61,221 nucleotides of DNA from Deltaproteobacteria bacterium (lineage in GTDB: Bacteria; Campylobacterota_A; Desulfurellia; JAGGSF01): assembly GCA_021159305.1 (NCBI GenBank), contig JAGGSB010000031.1:1-61221 (forward strand). The letters are read 5' to 3'. The translations under genes were made by a program, and so were the position numbers. The notes below the pieces were generated by a model. The model made no database searches, was not told the origin of the DNA, and was given only the letters and a program-made list of their open reading frames with translations. The stretch's first letter is position 1, and each line of letters begins with the position of its first letter. Shown piece after piece: positions 1-7,375 of the stretch.

Positions 1-100
1 TGAGCCGGGCAAAAAGAAAAGGGGGTTTGGAGGAAATGAATTTTTGCAGGCGCGCGATTAAAGAAATGTTTAGAAAATTTTTCTGTTTTGCTTCCGCCTT

Positions 101-192
101 TGGCGGAGGAGGTAGGATTCGAACCCACGGAGGGGCAAAAACCCCTCAATTGATTTCGAGTCAACCGCCTTAAACCACTCGGCCACTCCTCC
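101..192 (-). tRNA. tRNA-Ser(CGA)
   Basis: Hand-folded cloverleaf on the minus strand: acceptor GGAGGAG/CTCCTCC, long type-II variable arm, anticodon loop CT-CGA-AA, T-loop GGTTCGAATCC, CCA encoded. Confidence 0.9.
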
Positions 193-202
193 TTATAAAG
201 GA

Positions 203-293
203 TGGCGGAGAGGGCGGGATTTGAACCCGCGATAGAGTTTACCCCTATTCTCGCTTAGCAGGCGAGCGCCTTAAACCACTCGGCCACCTCTCC
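203..293 (-). tRNA. tRNA-Ser(GCU)
   Basis: Cloverleaf with acceptor GGAGAGG, anticodon arm CTCGC-CTGCTAA-GCGAG, long variable arm, T-arm GCGGG-TTCAAAT-CCCGC, CCA encoded. Confidence 0.9.
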
Positions 294-303
294 TCATAAA
301 AAA

Positions 304-390
304 GGCGGAGGAGGTAGGATTCGAACCCACGGTACCCCTCGGTACAATGGTTTTCAAGACCACCGCCTTAAACCACTCGGCCACTCCTCC
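304..390 (-). tRNA. tRNA-Ser(UGA)
   Basis: Acceptor, D and T arms identical to the CGA isoacceptor at 101-192. Anticodon loop CT-TGA-AA, long variable arm. Only a partial CC follows the discriminator. Confidence 0.9.
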
Positions 391-429
391 AGCGCTAAAA
401 ATAATAATGTTAAACCACTTCTTTTCAAG

Positions 430-783
430 TTAAATAACGCCAAATGGGTTTGCATAGAGAATAATAAGCGCCACAACCAACATATAAATGGTCAGAGACT
501 CTATCATCGCCAGGCCAATCATCATAACGGTCAAAAGCCTTCCTCCTGCCCCAGGATTGCGTGCTATCCCCGTTGTTGTACCCTGAATAGCCAAACCTTG
601 CCCAATACCACAGCCCAAAGCAGCAAAACCCAATCCTAATGCTCCAGCAAGTGCCACATACATATAATGATTGAACATTGACAAATGTGCAGCATCCTTT
701 ACCTCCTGAGCAAAAACAGGAGTTACCAGGAACAGCACAACCATACAACTAAGAAAAACAATTCCACTTCTCCTCAACATCAA
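430..783 (-). CDS. atpE: F0F1 ATP synthase subunit c with N-terminal signal-like extension
   Basis: GIARNP polar loop, IESLTIY carboxylate helix and LYANPF C-terminus. AAGGAGG SD 5 nt upstream. About 35 extra N-terminal residues look like a signal peptide. Confidence 0.9.
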   Translation of the reverse strand: MMLRRSGIVFLSCMVVLFLVTPVFAQEVKDAAHLSMFNHYMYVALAGALGLGFAALGCGIGQGLAIQGTTTGIARNPGAGGRLLTVMMIGLAMIESLTIYMLVVALIILYANPFGVI

Positions 784-846
784 ATCCTCCTTATCAAAAA
801 ATGCATTTTAAAGTATTGCAAAAAATCAGATAAAGTCAATAAAATT

Positions 847-1512
847 TTATTCACCCCCACTTATAACATCGGCAATGTATAAAGTGGAAAGAAGCGGGAA
901 AATAAATGCCTGAATAACAGCTGCCAGAAGCACCAATGCCATTATAGGTAAAGGAACAAGCACTGGCATTAGAAAAAATACAATTACCAGCAGCAAATCA
1001 TCGCCCATAATATTACCAAAAAGTCGCACTGAAAGAGAGAGAATACGAGCAAAATGACCGATCACTTCCACAGGAACCATCAAAGGCGTAAGCCACCATA
1101 TAGGACCCATAAAATGCTTAATATACTTTATACCATGTGTCTTTATACCTAAATATTGATAATAAACAAACACAATGAGTGCCATAGCAATTGTTGTATT
1201 CCAGCTACTGGTAGGAGGAACAAAACCCGGAATAAGTTCAACAATATTGGCAAAAAAGATAAACAAAGCCAAGGTAGCAATAAGAGGAAAATGTTTTTTG
1301 GTATGCTTACCCAATATATCCTCAACAAAAGAGTACAACATCTCTATTATGCTTTCCACTACATTTTGAAAACCTGAGGGCATAAGTTTTAAAGTCAAAC
1401 GAACAATTAAAGAAAACACTATAATAATAAACATTATAAACCAGGTAAAAACCAGATAATGCGGCAAATGAGTCATCTTAACAAAAAAATCCAGTATCGT
1501 TGGTGCTTCCAC
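847..1512 (-). CDS. atpB: F0F1 ATP synthase subunit a
   Basis: Polytopic membrane protein with the RLFGNIMGDD motif (essential Arg helix), directly upstream of atpE. Confidence 0.9.
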   Translation of the reverse strand: MEAPTILDFFVKMTHLPHYLVFTWFIMFIIIVFSLIVRLTLKLMPSGFQNVVESIIEMLYSFVEDILGKHTKKHFPLIATLALFIFFANIVELIPGFVPPTSSWNTTIAMALIVFVYYQYLGIKTHGIKYIKHFMGPIWWLTPLMVPVEVIGHFARILSLSVRLFGNIMGDDLLLVIVFFLMPVLVPLPIMALVLLAAVIQAFIFPLLSTLYIADVISGGE

Positions 1513-1513
1513 T

Positions 1514-1876
1514 TTAATTTCCTCCTACTTTAAATAGATAATTAAAAGCCAGATAAAATGTAACCAAAACCAGAGATAAAGGCACTATGGAGACACCCCA
1601 CAAAATACCCCATACATTCAACTTACAAATACAAAAGACAAATAAAAGCAAAAGACCAATAAAAATATAACGAACTAAAGAACCAAACATAGCACCTCTA
1701 TTTCCCCTCACAAAATAAAACGACATTTTCTTCAACAAAAACCAATCAATAAAAATTATTACCCCTCCTATTATCACACCAGCACACATCCCGGCTCCAC
1801 CGATAAGATAAGAGGAAACTATAGATAGAAAATACACTGTTATCTGTGTCCGTTCAAGTCTTTTTATCGTTATCAT
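1514..1876 (-). CDS. atpI: ATP synthase protein I (AtpI-like)
   Basis: Small hydrophobic multi-TM protein immediately upstream of atpB, the usual AtpI position. The call rests on context and hydrophobicity only. Confidence 0.6.
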   Translation of the reverse strand: MITIKRLERTQITVYFLSIVSSYLIGGAGMCAGVIIGGVIIFIDWFLLKKMSFYFVRGNRGAMFGSLVRYIFIGLLLLFVFCICKLNVWGILWGVSIVPLSLVLVTFYLAFNYLFKVGGN

Positions 1877-2123
1877 TTTTCAGCTTTTTAAAACCTCTGT
1901 ACATATTTTCAAAACCAGCCACAATACCAAAAAAAAGAAAAATAAAAAACAGCCAGGGGTGTAAGCTGGGAAACCATTTATCTAAAAAATACCCTATAGC
2001 TCCTCCAATTAACACCGAAAAGACAACACTAAAACCTATCGTTGTCGCCGTATATAAATCACGATAAAACTTCTTCTTTTTCTCGTTATCTTTTAATATT
2101 TTTAAATACCTCCCTTGAGGCAT
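1854..2123 (-). CDS. AtpZ/AtpR-like small membrane protein (ATPase_gene1 family)
   Basis: Two-TM protein with the pattern TTIGFSVVFSVLIGGAIGYFLDKW, typical of the small gene preceding atpI. The start is uncertain: the ATG at 2123 lies 38 nt inside hemL, and the ORF track extends to 2207. Confidence 0.5.
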   Translation of the reverse strand: MPQGRYLKILKDNEKKKKFYRDLYTATTIGFSVVFSVLIGGAIGYFLDKWFPSLHPWLFFIFLFFGIVAGFENMYRGFKKLKNDNDKKT

Positions 2124-3375
2124 CGATTGTTTTTCGTATATCATCCTCTGTATGTGCACAGGATAGAAAATTTGTTTCAAACTGAGACGGAGGGAGATAT
2201 ACACCATTTTTCAGCATACCATTAAAATACATCGAAAACAAAGATGTATCACATCTGTTAACCATATCGAAATTCTCAGGCATCTTATCACAAAAGAACA
2301 AAGTAAACATAGAACCTATAAAACTCGCCTTAGCGGGTAAATCAACTCTTTTTGCTTCTTCCTCCAACCCTAAAGCAAGCTTCTCTGTTGTTTGATGAAG
2401 AGAAAGATAAGGATTCTCTCTTCTTAAAGTATCCAAAGTTTCAATTCCTGAAATCATGGCAAGGGGATTTCCGGATAAAGTTCCCGCTTGATAAACATCA
2501 CCTTGAGGAGAAACAAGACTCATAACTTCTTTTCTCCCCCCATAAAGAGCTACAGGCATTCCTCCGCCTATGACCTTCCCTAAACAAGTAATATCCGGTC
2601 TTATGCCCATTAAATTTTGGTAACCACCATAGGTAATTCTAAAACCCGTTAAAACCTCGTCGAATATAAGAAGACTTCCGTACTTTAAAGTAATCTCTCT
2701 TAGAGCACTTAAGAAATTCTCATTGGGCAAAATAGTGCCCATATTACCAGCTATTGGTTCAACAATGACACAAGCAATAGTTTCACCTAATTCTTTAAAC
2801 AGGTTTTGACAGGCATCTATATCATTATACGGAAGAACGATGGTATGACGAGCAAAATCCTTTGGAATACCCGAGCTGGTGGGATTGCCAAAAGTTGCCG
2901 CACCAGAACCTGCCTCTACAAGTAGAGAATCAACATGTCCATGATAGCCCCCTGTAAATTTCACAATATCTTCTCTCTTTGTAAATCCCCTGGCCAGTCT
3001 TAGTGCGCTCATCGCTGCTTCTGTGCCGGAACTCACAAACCTCACTCTTTCAATGGACGGAATTGCTTTTATAATTCTCCTTGCTAATTCTGTTTCTAGT
3101 ATTGTAGGTGCACCAAAACTTAAGCCTCGTTCTGCAACTTTTTTCACTGCATCTATAACCTTTTCTGGCGAATGACCCAGGATAGCAGGTCCCCAGCTTC
3201 CCACATAATCTATATACTCATTGCCATCTATATCATAAATCTTACTGCCTTTTCCTTTTTGAATAAACAGTGGATCTCCGCCCACTGCTTTAAACGCTCT
3301 CACCGGGCTGTCAACTCCCCCGGCAATGTATTTTTCTGCCTCTAAAAACGCTACCTTGCTCATCTTTTTACCCAT
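2086..3375 (-). CDS. hemL: glutamate-1-semialdehyde 2,1-aminomutase
   Basis: 429-aa class-III aminotransferase with a GSA-aminomutase-like N-terminus (YIAGGVDSPVRAF) and the PLP-lysine region CLGKVIGGG. Confidence 0.9.
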   Translation of the reverse strand: MGKKMSKVAFLEAEKYIAGGVDSPVRAFKAVGGDPLFIQKGKGSKIYDIDGNEYIDYVGSWGPAILGHSPEKVIDAVKKVAERGLSFGAPTILETELARRIIKAIPSIERVRFVSSGTEAAMSALRLARGFTKREDIVKFTGGYHGHVDSLLVEAGSGAATFGNPTSSGIPKDFARHTIVLPYNDIDACQNLFKELGETIACVIVEPIAGNMGTILPNENFLSALREITLKYGSLLIFDEVLTGFRITYGGYQNLMGIRPDITCLGKVIGGGMPVALYGGRKEVMSLVSPQGDVYQAGTLSGNPLAMISGIETLDTLRRENPYLSLHQTTEKLALGLEEEAKRVDLPAKASFIGSMFTLFFCDKMPENFDMVNRCDTSLFSMYFNGMLKNGVYLPPSQFETNFLSCAHTEDDIRKTIDASREVFKNIKR

Positions 3376-4051
3376 TTTCCCTCCCGACGAAATTCAACAC
3401 TTGCCTTCCATCCACACCACCCAAAAGCTCCTCACAAGCCCTCTCGGGATGAGGCATCATGCCTAAAACATTTCCCCTAATATTACACACTCCTGCAATA
3501 TTATGTAGTGAACCGTTGGGGTTTGCCGCATCTTTTATCTCACCGTCCAATGTAGAGTATCTAAAAACAATTTGCCCATTTTTTCCTAATGTTTCGTATG
3601 TTTCATTACTACACCAAAAATTACCCTCTTTATGAGCAATGGGCATCTTTAATATTTTACCCTCAATATTTTTGGTAAACACACATTCACTTTTCTCCAC
3701 CTTCACGAATATATCCCTGCATATAAAACGCATATTGCTATTTCTCATAAGTACGCCAGGAAGGAGGCCCGACTCGCATAAAATCTGAAAACCATTACAA
3801 ATACCTATAACAAACTTCCCCTCATCCGCAAATAGCCCTATTCTATCCATTATTTTTGAAAACTTAGCCAACCCTCCAGCTCGCAGATAATCGCCATAAG
3901 AAAAACCGCCTGGCAATATAATGCAGTCTATGTCTCCCACATCTTCCTGCTCATGCCAGATGTATACAGGTATTCCGCCCAATGTCTTTATTGACCAAAA
4001 AATATCCTTATCACAGTTTGTTCCGGGAAAAACAACAATCCCCACCTTCAT
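3368..4051 (-). CDS. purQ: phosphoribosylformylglycinamidine synthase, glutaminase subunit
   Basis: Type-1 glutamine amidotransferase with GICNGFQ nucleophile elbow and C-terminal HPE. Adjacent to purS and purC. Confidence 0.9.
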   Translation of the reverse strand: MKVGIVVFPGTNCDKDIFWSIKTLGGIPVYIWHEQEDVGDIDCIILPGGFSYGDYLRAGGLAKFSKIMDRIGLFADEGKFVIGICNGFQILCESGLLPGVLMRNSNMRFICRDIFVKVEKSECVFTKNIEGKILKMPIAHKEGNFWCSNETYETLGKNGQIVFRYSTLDGEIKDAANPNGSLHNIAGVCNIRGNVLGMMPHPERACEELLGGVDGRQVLNFVGRENG

Positions 4052-4284
4052 TATATAATATCAACCGTCTCTATGATGGGATTGGAAAGTATATCTTTAG
4101 ATATCTCTTCCACTGTTTTTTGTGTTTCTTTTCTATTTGACCCTTCCATTTCTATTTCAAAATATTTCCCTACCCGTATATCTTTAATCCTCTTTTCTCC
4201 TCTTCTCTCTATTACTTTTCTTATCGCTTTTCCCTGCGGATCCAATATTCCCTGTTTTAGTTTTACCACCACTACGAAACGCAC
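4051..4284 (-). CDS. purS: phosphoribosylformylglycinamidine synthase subunit PurS
   Basis: 77-aa protein (LKQGILDPQG) between purC and purQ, with a GTG start. Confidence 0.85.
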   Translation of the reverse strand: MRFVVVVKLKQGILDPQGKAIRKVIERRGEKRIKDIRVGKYFEIEMEGSNRKETQKTVEEISKDILSNPIIETVDII

Positions 4285-4976
4285 CTTATTTTCTCCAAAA
4301 CCTTTTCATATCCTTCTATCAAATCACCTAAGTCAAACCTAAACCTATCTTTATCCAACACCTCGCCTGTTTTCATATCCCACAATCTTGCTCCATCCGG
4401 TGTAATCTCATCCGCAAGTATGAGTTTCCCTTCTTCATCTCTGCCGAATTCAATTTTAAAATCTACCAGCAAAATATCTGCTTGTTCAAACTTCTTTCTT
4501 AGCAAATCGTTAACATAAAAAGCAATTTTCTTCATCTCCTCAATTGTTTCTTTGTCCGCTATATCAAACACCCGAATATGATATTCATTGAGCATAGGAT
4601 CATTCAGCTCATCACTCTTGTAGTAAAACTCAATGATAGGGAATTTTAATTTTTCACCCTTTTTTAACCCCGTTCGCTTAGCCAGAGAACCTGCAATAAT
4701 ATTTCTCACCACAACTTCCAACGGTATAATCTTTACTTTTCTCACCAAAACTTCATCCTGCGATATCTCTCTTACAAAATGCGTGTCAATGCCTGCTTTT
4801 TTTAACCAGTCAAAAGCAATGGTAGTTGCCTCCTTATTTAGTCGCCCTTTCCCTTTTATTATGGCAAACTTCTTCCCGTTGAATGCCGTAGCATCATCCT
4901 TGAAGTGCATAATCAGCAACCCGGGATCTTCTGTCTCATAAAGAATTTTTGCTTTCCCTTCATATATCGATTTCAT
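4272..4976 (-). CDS. purC: SAICAR synthetase
   Basis: N-terminus MKSIYEGKAKILY is typical of PurC. Start trimmed to the ATG at 4976, which has AGGAG 5 nt upstream. The ORF-track extension to 5036 would overlap the upstream gene. Confidence 0.9.
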   Translation of the reverse strand: MKSIYEGKAKILYETEDPGLLIMHFKDDATAFNGKKFAIIKGKGRLNKEATTIAFDWLKKAGIDTHFVREISQDEVLVRKVKIIPLEVVVRNIIAGSLAKRTGLKKGEKLKFPIIEFYYKSDELNDPMLNEYHIRVFDIADKETIEEMKKIAFYVNDLLRKKFEQADILLVDFKIEFGRDEEGKLILADEITPDGARLWDMKTGEVLDKDRFRFDLGDLIEGYEKVLEKIRCVS

Positions 4977-4983
4977 AGTACTC

Positions 4984-6270
4984 CTATAAATTTTTGATGT
5001 GAGAAATAAAGCTTTCTTTGTCCTCTCTACCCACATCTACAAGCCATTCAAACATTTCCTTGTCCTTTTTTGTGGTAGTAGCTTTCTCAAAAAATTCCGT
5101 ATTTATTATTATTCCAGCTGCCAGAAGAAAAGCAATTTTTCTCTCCGGCTTCACATTATGCCTCATATATTCATCCGCTACGATAGCCGATGTACTACCC
5201 CAGGGCTCTGTCCTTATTCGGGCCACTTCTTTTAATCTTATATCGCCAAATCGATGATGATCAATAATTTCCTCAATAACACAGCTGAATATACCCTCCG
5301 GTGCATTAAGCGTATCCGAATGATCAATTAAGATAACTCTTTTTGCAACATATTTAGCAAGATCTGTGCGTGTTATCACCCCCAAAACCTTCCCCGTTTT
5401 TTCATCAATCACAGGTAGGGCACGATTGGGAGATGTAAGCATTCTTTCCCTTATATCATCTACTTTTTCTCCCTGTCTCGCCGTATCCTCACCCTTATTG
5501 GCAATCACATAAACAGGCGCACTCCATTCAATCAAACCAACCGTGGTGCAAGCACCATAGGGAGAATAAATAACAGAAACTTCATTTTTTTTCGCAAGTT
5601 CAAGCAGCTCTTCACTCAACTCATAACCGTCAAATATCACTAAACATCTCACCTTTTTTTTAATAGCCACCCTTTGTACATCTTCCCTGTCTCCTATCAC
5701 AGCTACCACTTCTCTCGCATCGAAAGTATCTATAGCAGAACAAAACCTTTCCGCACTAGTAGCAACCACCGTAATGTTAGCTATAAATTCTTCATCTCCG
5801 TCCACACTATTTACTACATCACCAGATACAGATCTCGACATCAACTCAATACTCGTTTTCACTCTCCGAAATACATCAGGGACAACGGTAGATATGCTCT
5901 TCTTAGCAATATCAATAAAGCCCACCAATCCAAAAAACTTGTCCTCATTATCTACCACCGGAACAACACGAATATCTTCCTTAACCATGATCTTAAACAC
6001 CTCTACGACGGGAGCACCTAAAGGGGCTACAATCACTCTTTTTGTCATAATATCTGAAACATGAAGATTCAGGTCTTCCATAAGTGGAGGATATTTTATC
6101 AGTAGAAAATCTAAAATCTTCATTGTTCTCACTTCTAACAATCCTGCCGTGACTGGGACATACTTGTCTTCCCGCGTAATCTTCTTCTTTAGATAAGCAT
6201 AACCGATAACAGATGCAATTCCATCTGTATCAGGATTCCTTCGTCCAATAACAAAAACTTTATCTGTCAT
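4984..6270 (-). CDS. CBS-DRTGG-DHH domain protein (CBS-pyrophosphatase-like, no DHHA2 domain)
   Basis: N-terminal NPDTDGIAS (DHH motif I), two CBS-like segments flanking GDREDVQ (DRTGG-type insert), then LIDHSD and IIDHHRFGD (DHH motif). The protein ends about 90 aa after the DHH motif. Confidence 0.75.
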   Translation of the reverse strand: MTDKVFVIGRRNPDTDGIASVIGYAYLKKKITREDKYVPVTAGLLEVRTMKILDFLLIKYPPLMEDLNLHVSDIMTKRVIVAPLGAPVVEVFKIMVKEDIRVVPVVDNEDKFFGLVGFIDIAKKSISTVVPDVFRRVKTSIELMSRSVSGDVVNSVDGDEEFIANITVVATSAERFCSAIDTFDAREVVAVIGDREDVQRVAIKKKVRCLVIFDGYELSEELLELAKKNEVSVIYSPYGACTTVGLIEWSAPVYVIANKGEDTARQGEKVDDIRERMLTSPNRALPVIDEKTGKVLGVITRTDLAKYVAKRVILIDHSDTLNAPEGIFSCVIEEIIDHHRFGDIRLKEVARIRTEPWGSTSAIVADEYMRHNVKPERKIAFLLAAGIIINTEFFEKATTTKKDKEMFEWLVDVGREDKESFISHIKNL

Positions 6271-7319
6271 TTTTTCTCCTTTGCCTCTTCCCAGGAAGCA
6301 AATAAGGCATCTTCTTTCCCTTTTCTCATCTCACACATACTACACAGCTCCTTTTCATCCACAGAATAAAAAACAGTGCCGCAATGCGTACACACCTGCC
6401 TTCTTAGCTCTTTTAATTTTACCACATCCTTGTTTAACAATACCATATTAGCTTTCTTCTCACAAATAGCCTTTCTCATACAAACATCTATACAATTTCT
6501 ACAACCTACACATAGGGAAGGAGAAAAACATATTATACCTTTTCTATCGTCTTTTTCTATAGTGATAGCCTTTGTAGGACAGACAAAAACACATGCACCA
6601 CACAGATTGCAATCATCACTTATAGATATATTTAATAGAAAATCTGTTTCTCTTTCAGATAAAGGTTCTTGAATTAAATCCATAAAGAATAATCTTCGAG
6701 GTTTTTCTGCCCGCATGTCCCTTATGGGCTTAGCAAACATCTTAAAAAACTCCCGGCGTGGAGACTCCTCCTCTTTTATTTCCTCTTCGGCTACCTCTTG
6801 TTTAATAATAGGTATTTGTTTAATTCCAGAAGAGAAAAGAATATCCTCTAAAAATTTCATATTTCTTTCAAAAGCAAACAAACTCTTTTCATATCCACAA
6901 CCGTTACATTCACCTTTAGCTATCTCTACCTTAAGCCCTGTTTTAATAAGTTTAAATAAAACATTTTCCGTTAATCTGCTAATACAAGATAAAACCACAT
7001 TATATGAATCTTCGTCCGCTTTTGCCTTGCTGCACAAAAAACGCACTTTTTTTCTTTCTGCCTCTTTCAATATTTTATTTAAAACAATCTCATCAAAATT
7101 ATCCCCCAATTTTATTGCCCCTGCTTTGCAGGCAGAATAACATATACCACATCCATTACAATCTTTGGTTATCTTATATTCTCTTGTAGAAAACGATATA
7201 GCCCCTTGCGGGCATGATCTTATACAATCATCACATCTGCTGCGTGCAAAAAGCAATCTCGCACAATGATTTTCATTAATTCTCACATCCCCACAAGAGG
7301 AAGCATCAAAAACCTGCAT
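6267..7319 (-). CDS. polyferredoxin-like protein with multiple 4Fe-4S motifs and a C-terminal CxxC...CxxC ribbon
   Basis: Motifs CDDCIRSCP, CNGCGICYSAC, CNLCGACVFVCP and CVGCRNCIDVC, plus CTHCG..CSMC. 4-nt overlap with the downstream CBS-DHH gene. Confidence 0.75.
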   Translation of the reverse strand: MQVFDASSCGDVRINENHCARLLFARSRCDDCIRSCPQGAISFSTREYKITKDCNGCGICYSACKAGAIKLGDNFDEIVLNKILKEAERKKVRFLCSKAKADEDSYNVVLSCISRLTENVLFKLIKTGLKVEIAKGECNGCGYEKSLFAFERNMKFLEDILFSSGIKQIPIIKQEVAEEEIKEEESPRREFFKMFAKPIRDMRAEKPRRLFFMDLIQEPLSERETDFLLNISISDDCNLCGACVFVCPTKAITIEKDDRKGIICFSPSLCVGCRNCIDVCMRKAICEKKANMVLLNKDVVKLKELRRQVCTHCGTVFYSVDEKELCSMCEMRKGKEDALFASWEEAKEKK

Positions 7320-7341
7320 ACCAAATTATATCAAATATATC

Positions 7342-7369
7342 TTGTTTTCTCAAGTAGTTGCAATATAAT
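7342..7369 (+). promoter_or_regulatory. putative sigma70-type promoter of the GH57 gene (leaderless geometry)
   Basis: TTGTTT (7342-7347), 16-nt spacer, TATAAT (7364-7369). The ATG at 7376 is 7 nt after the -10 hexamer. Confidence 0.4.
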
Positions 7370-7375
7370 GACCCC

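Noticed and set aside
1-100. Left edge of the window, checked for a fourth tRNA or a partial gene
   Set aside because: No cloverleaf, ORF or repeat could be supported from 100 nt of sequence.
425-748. 107-aa ORF overlapping atpE in another frame
   Set aside because: The atpE frame carries all c-subunit motifs. The alternative frame is Cys/Gly/Trp-rich nonsense.
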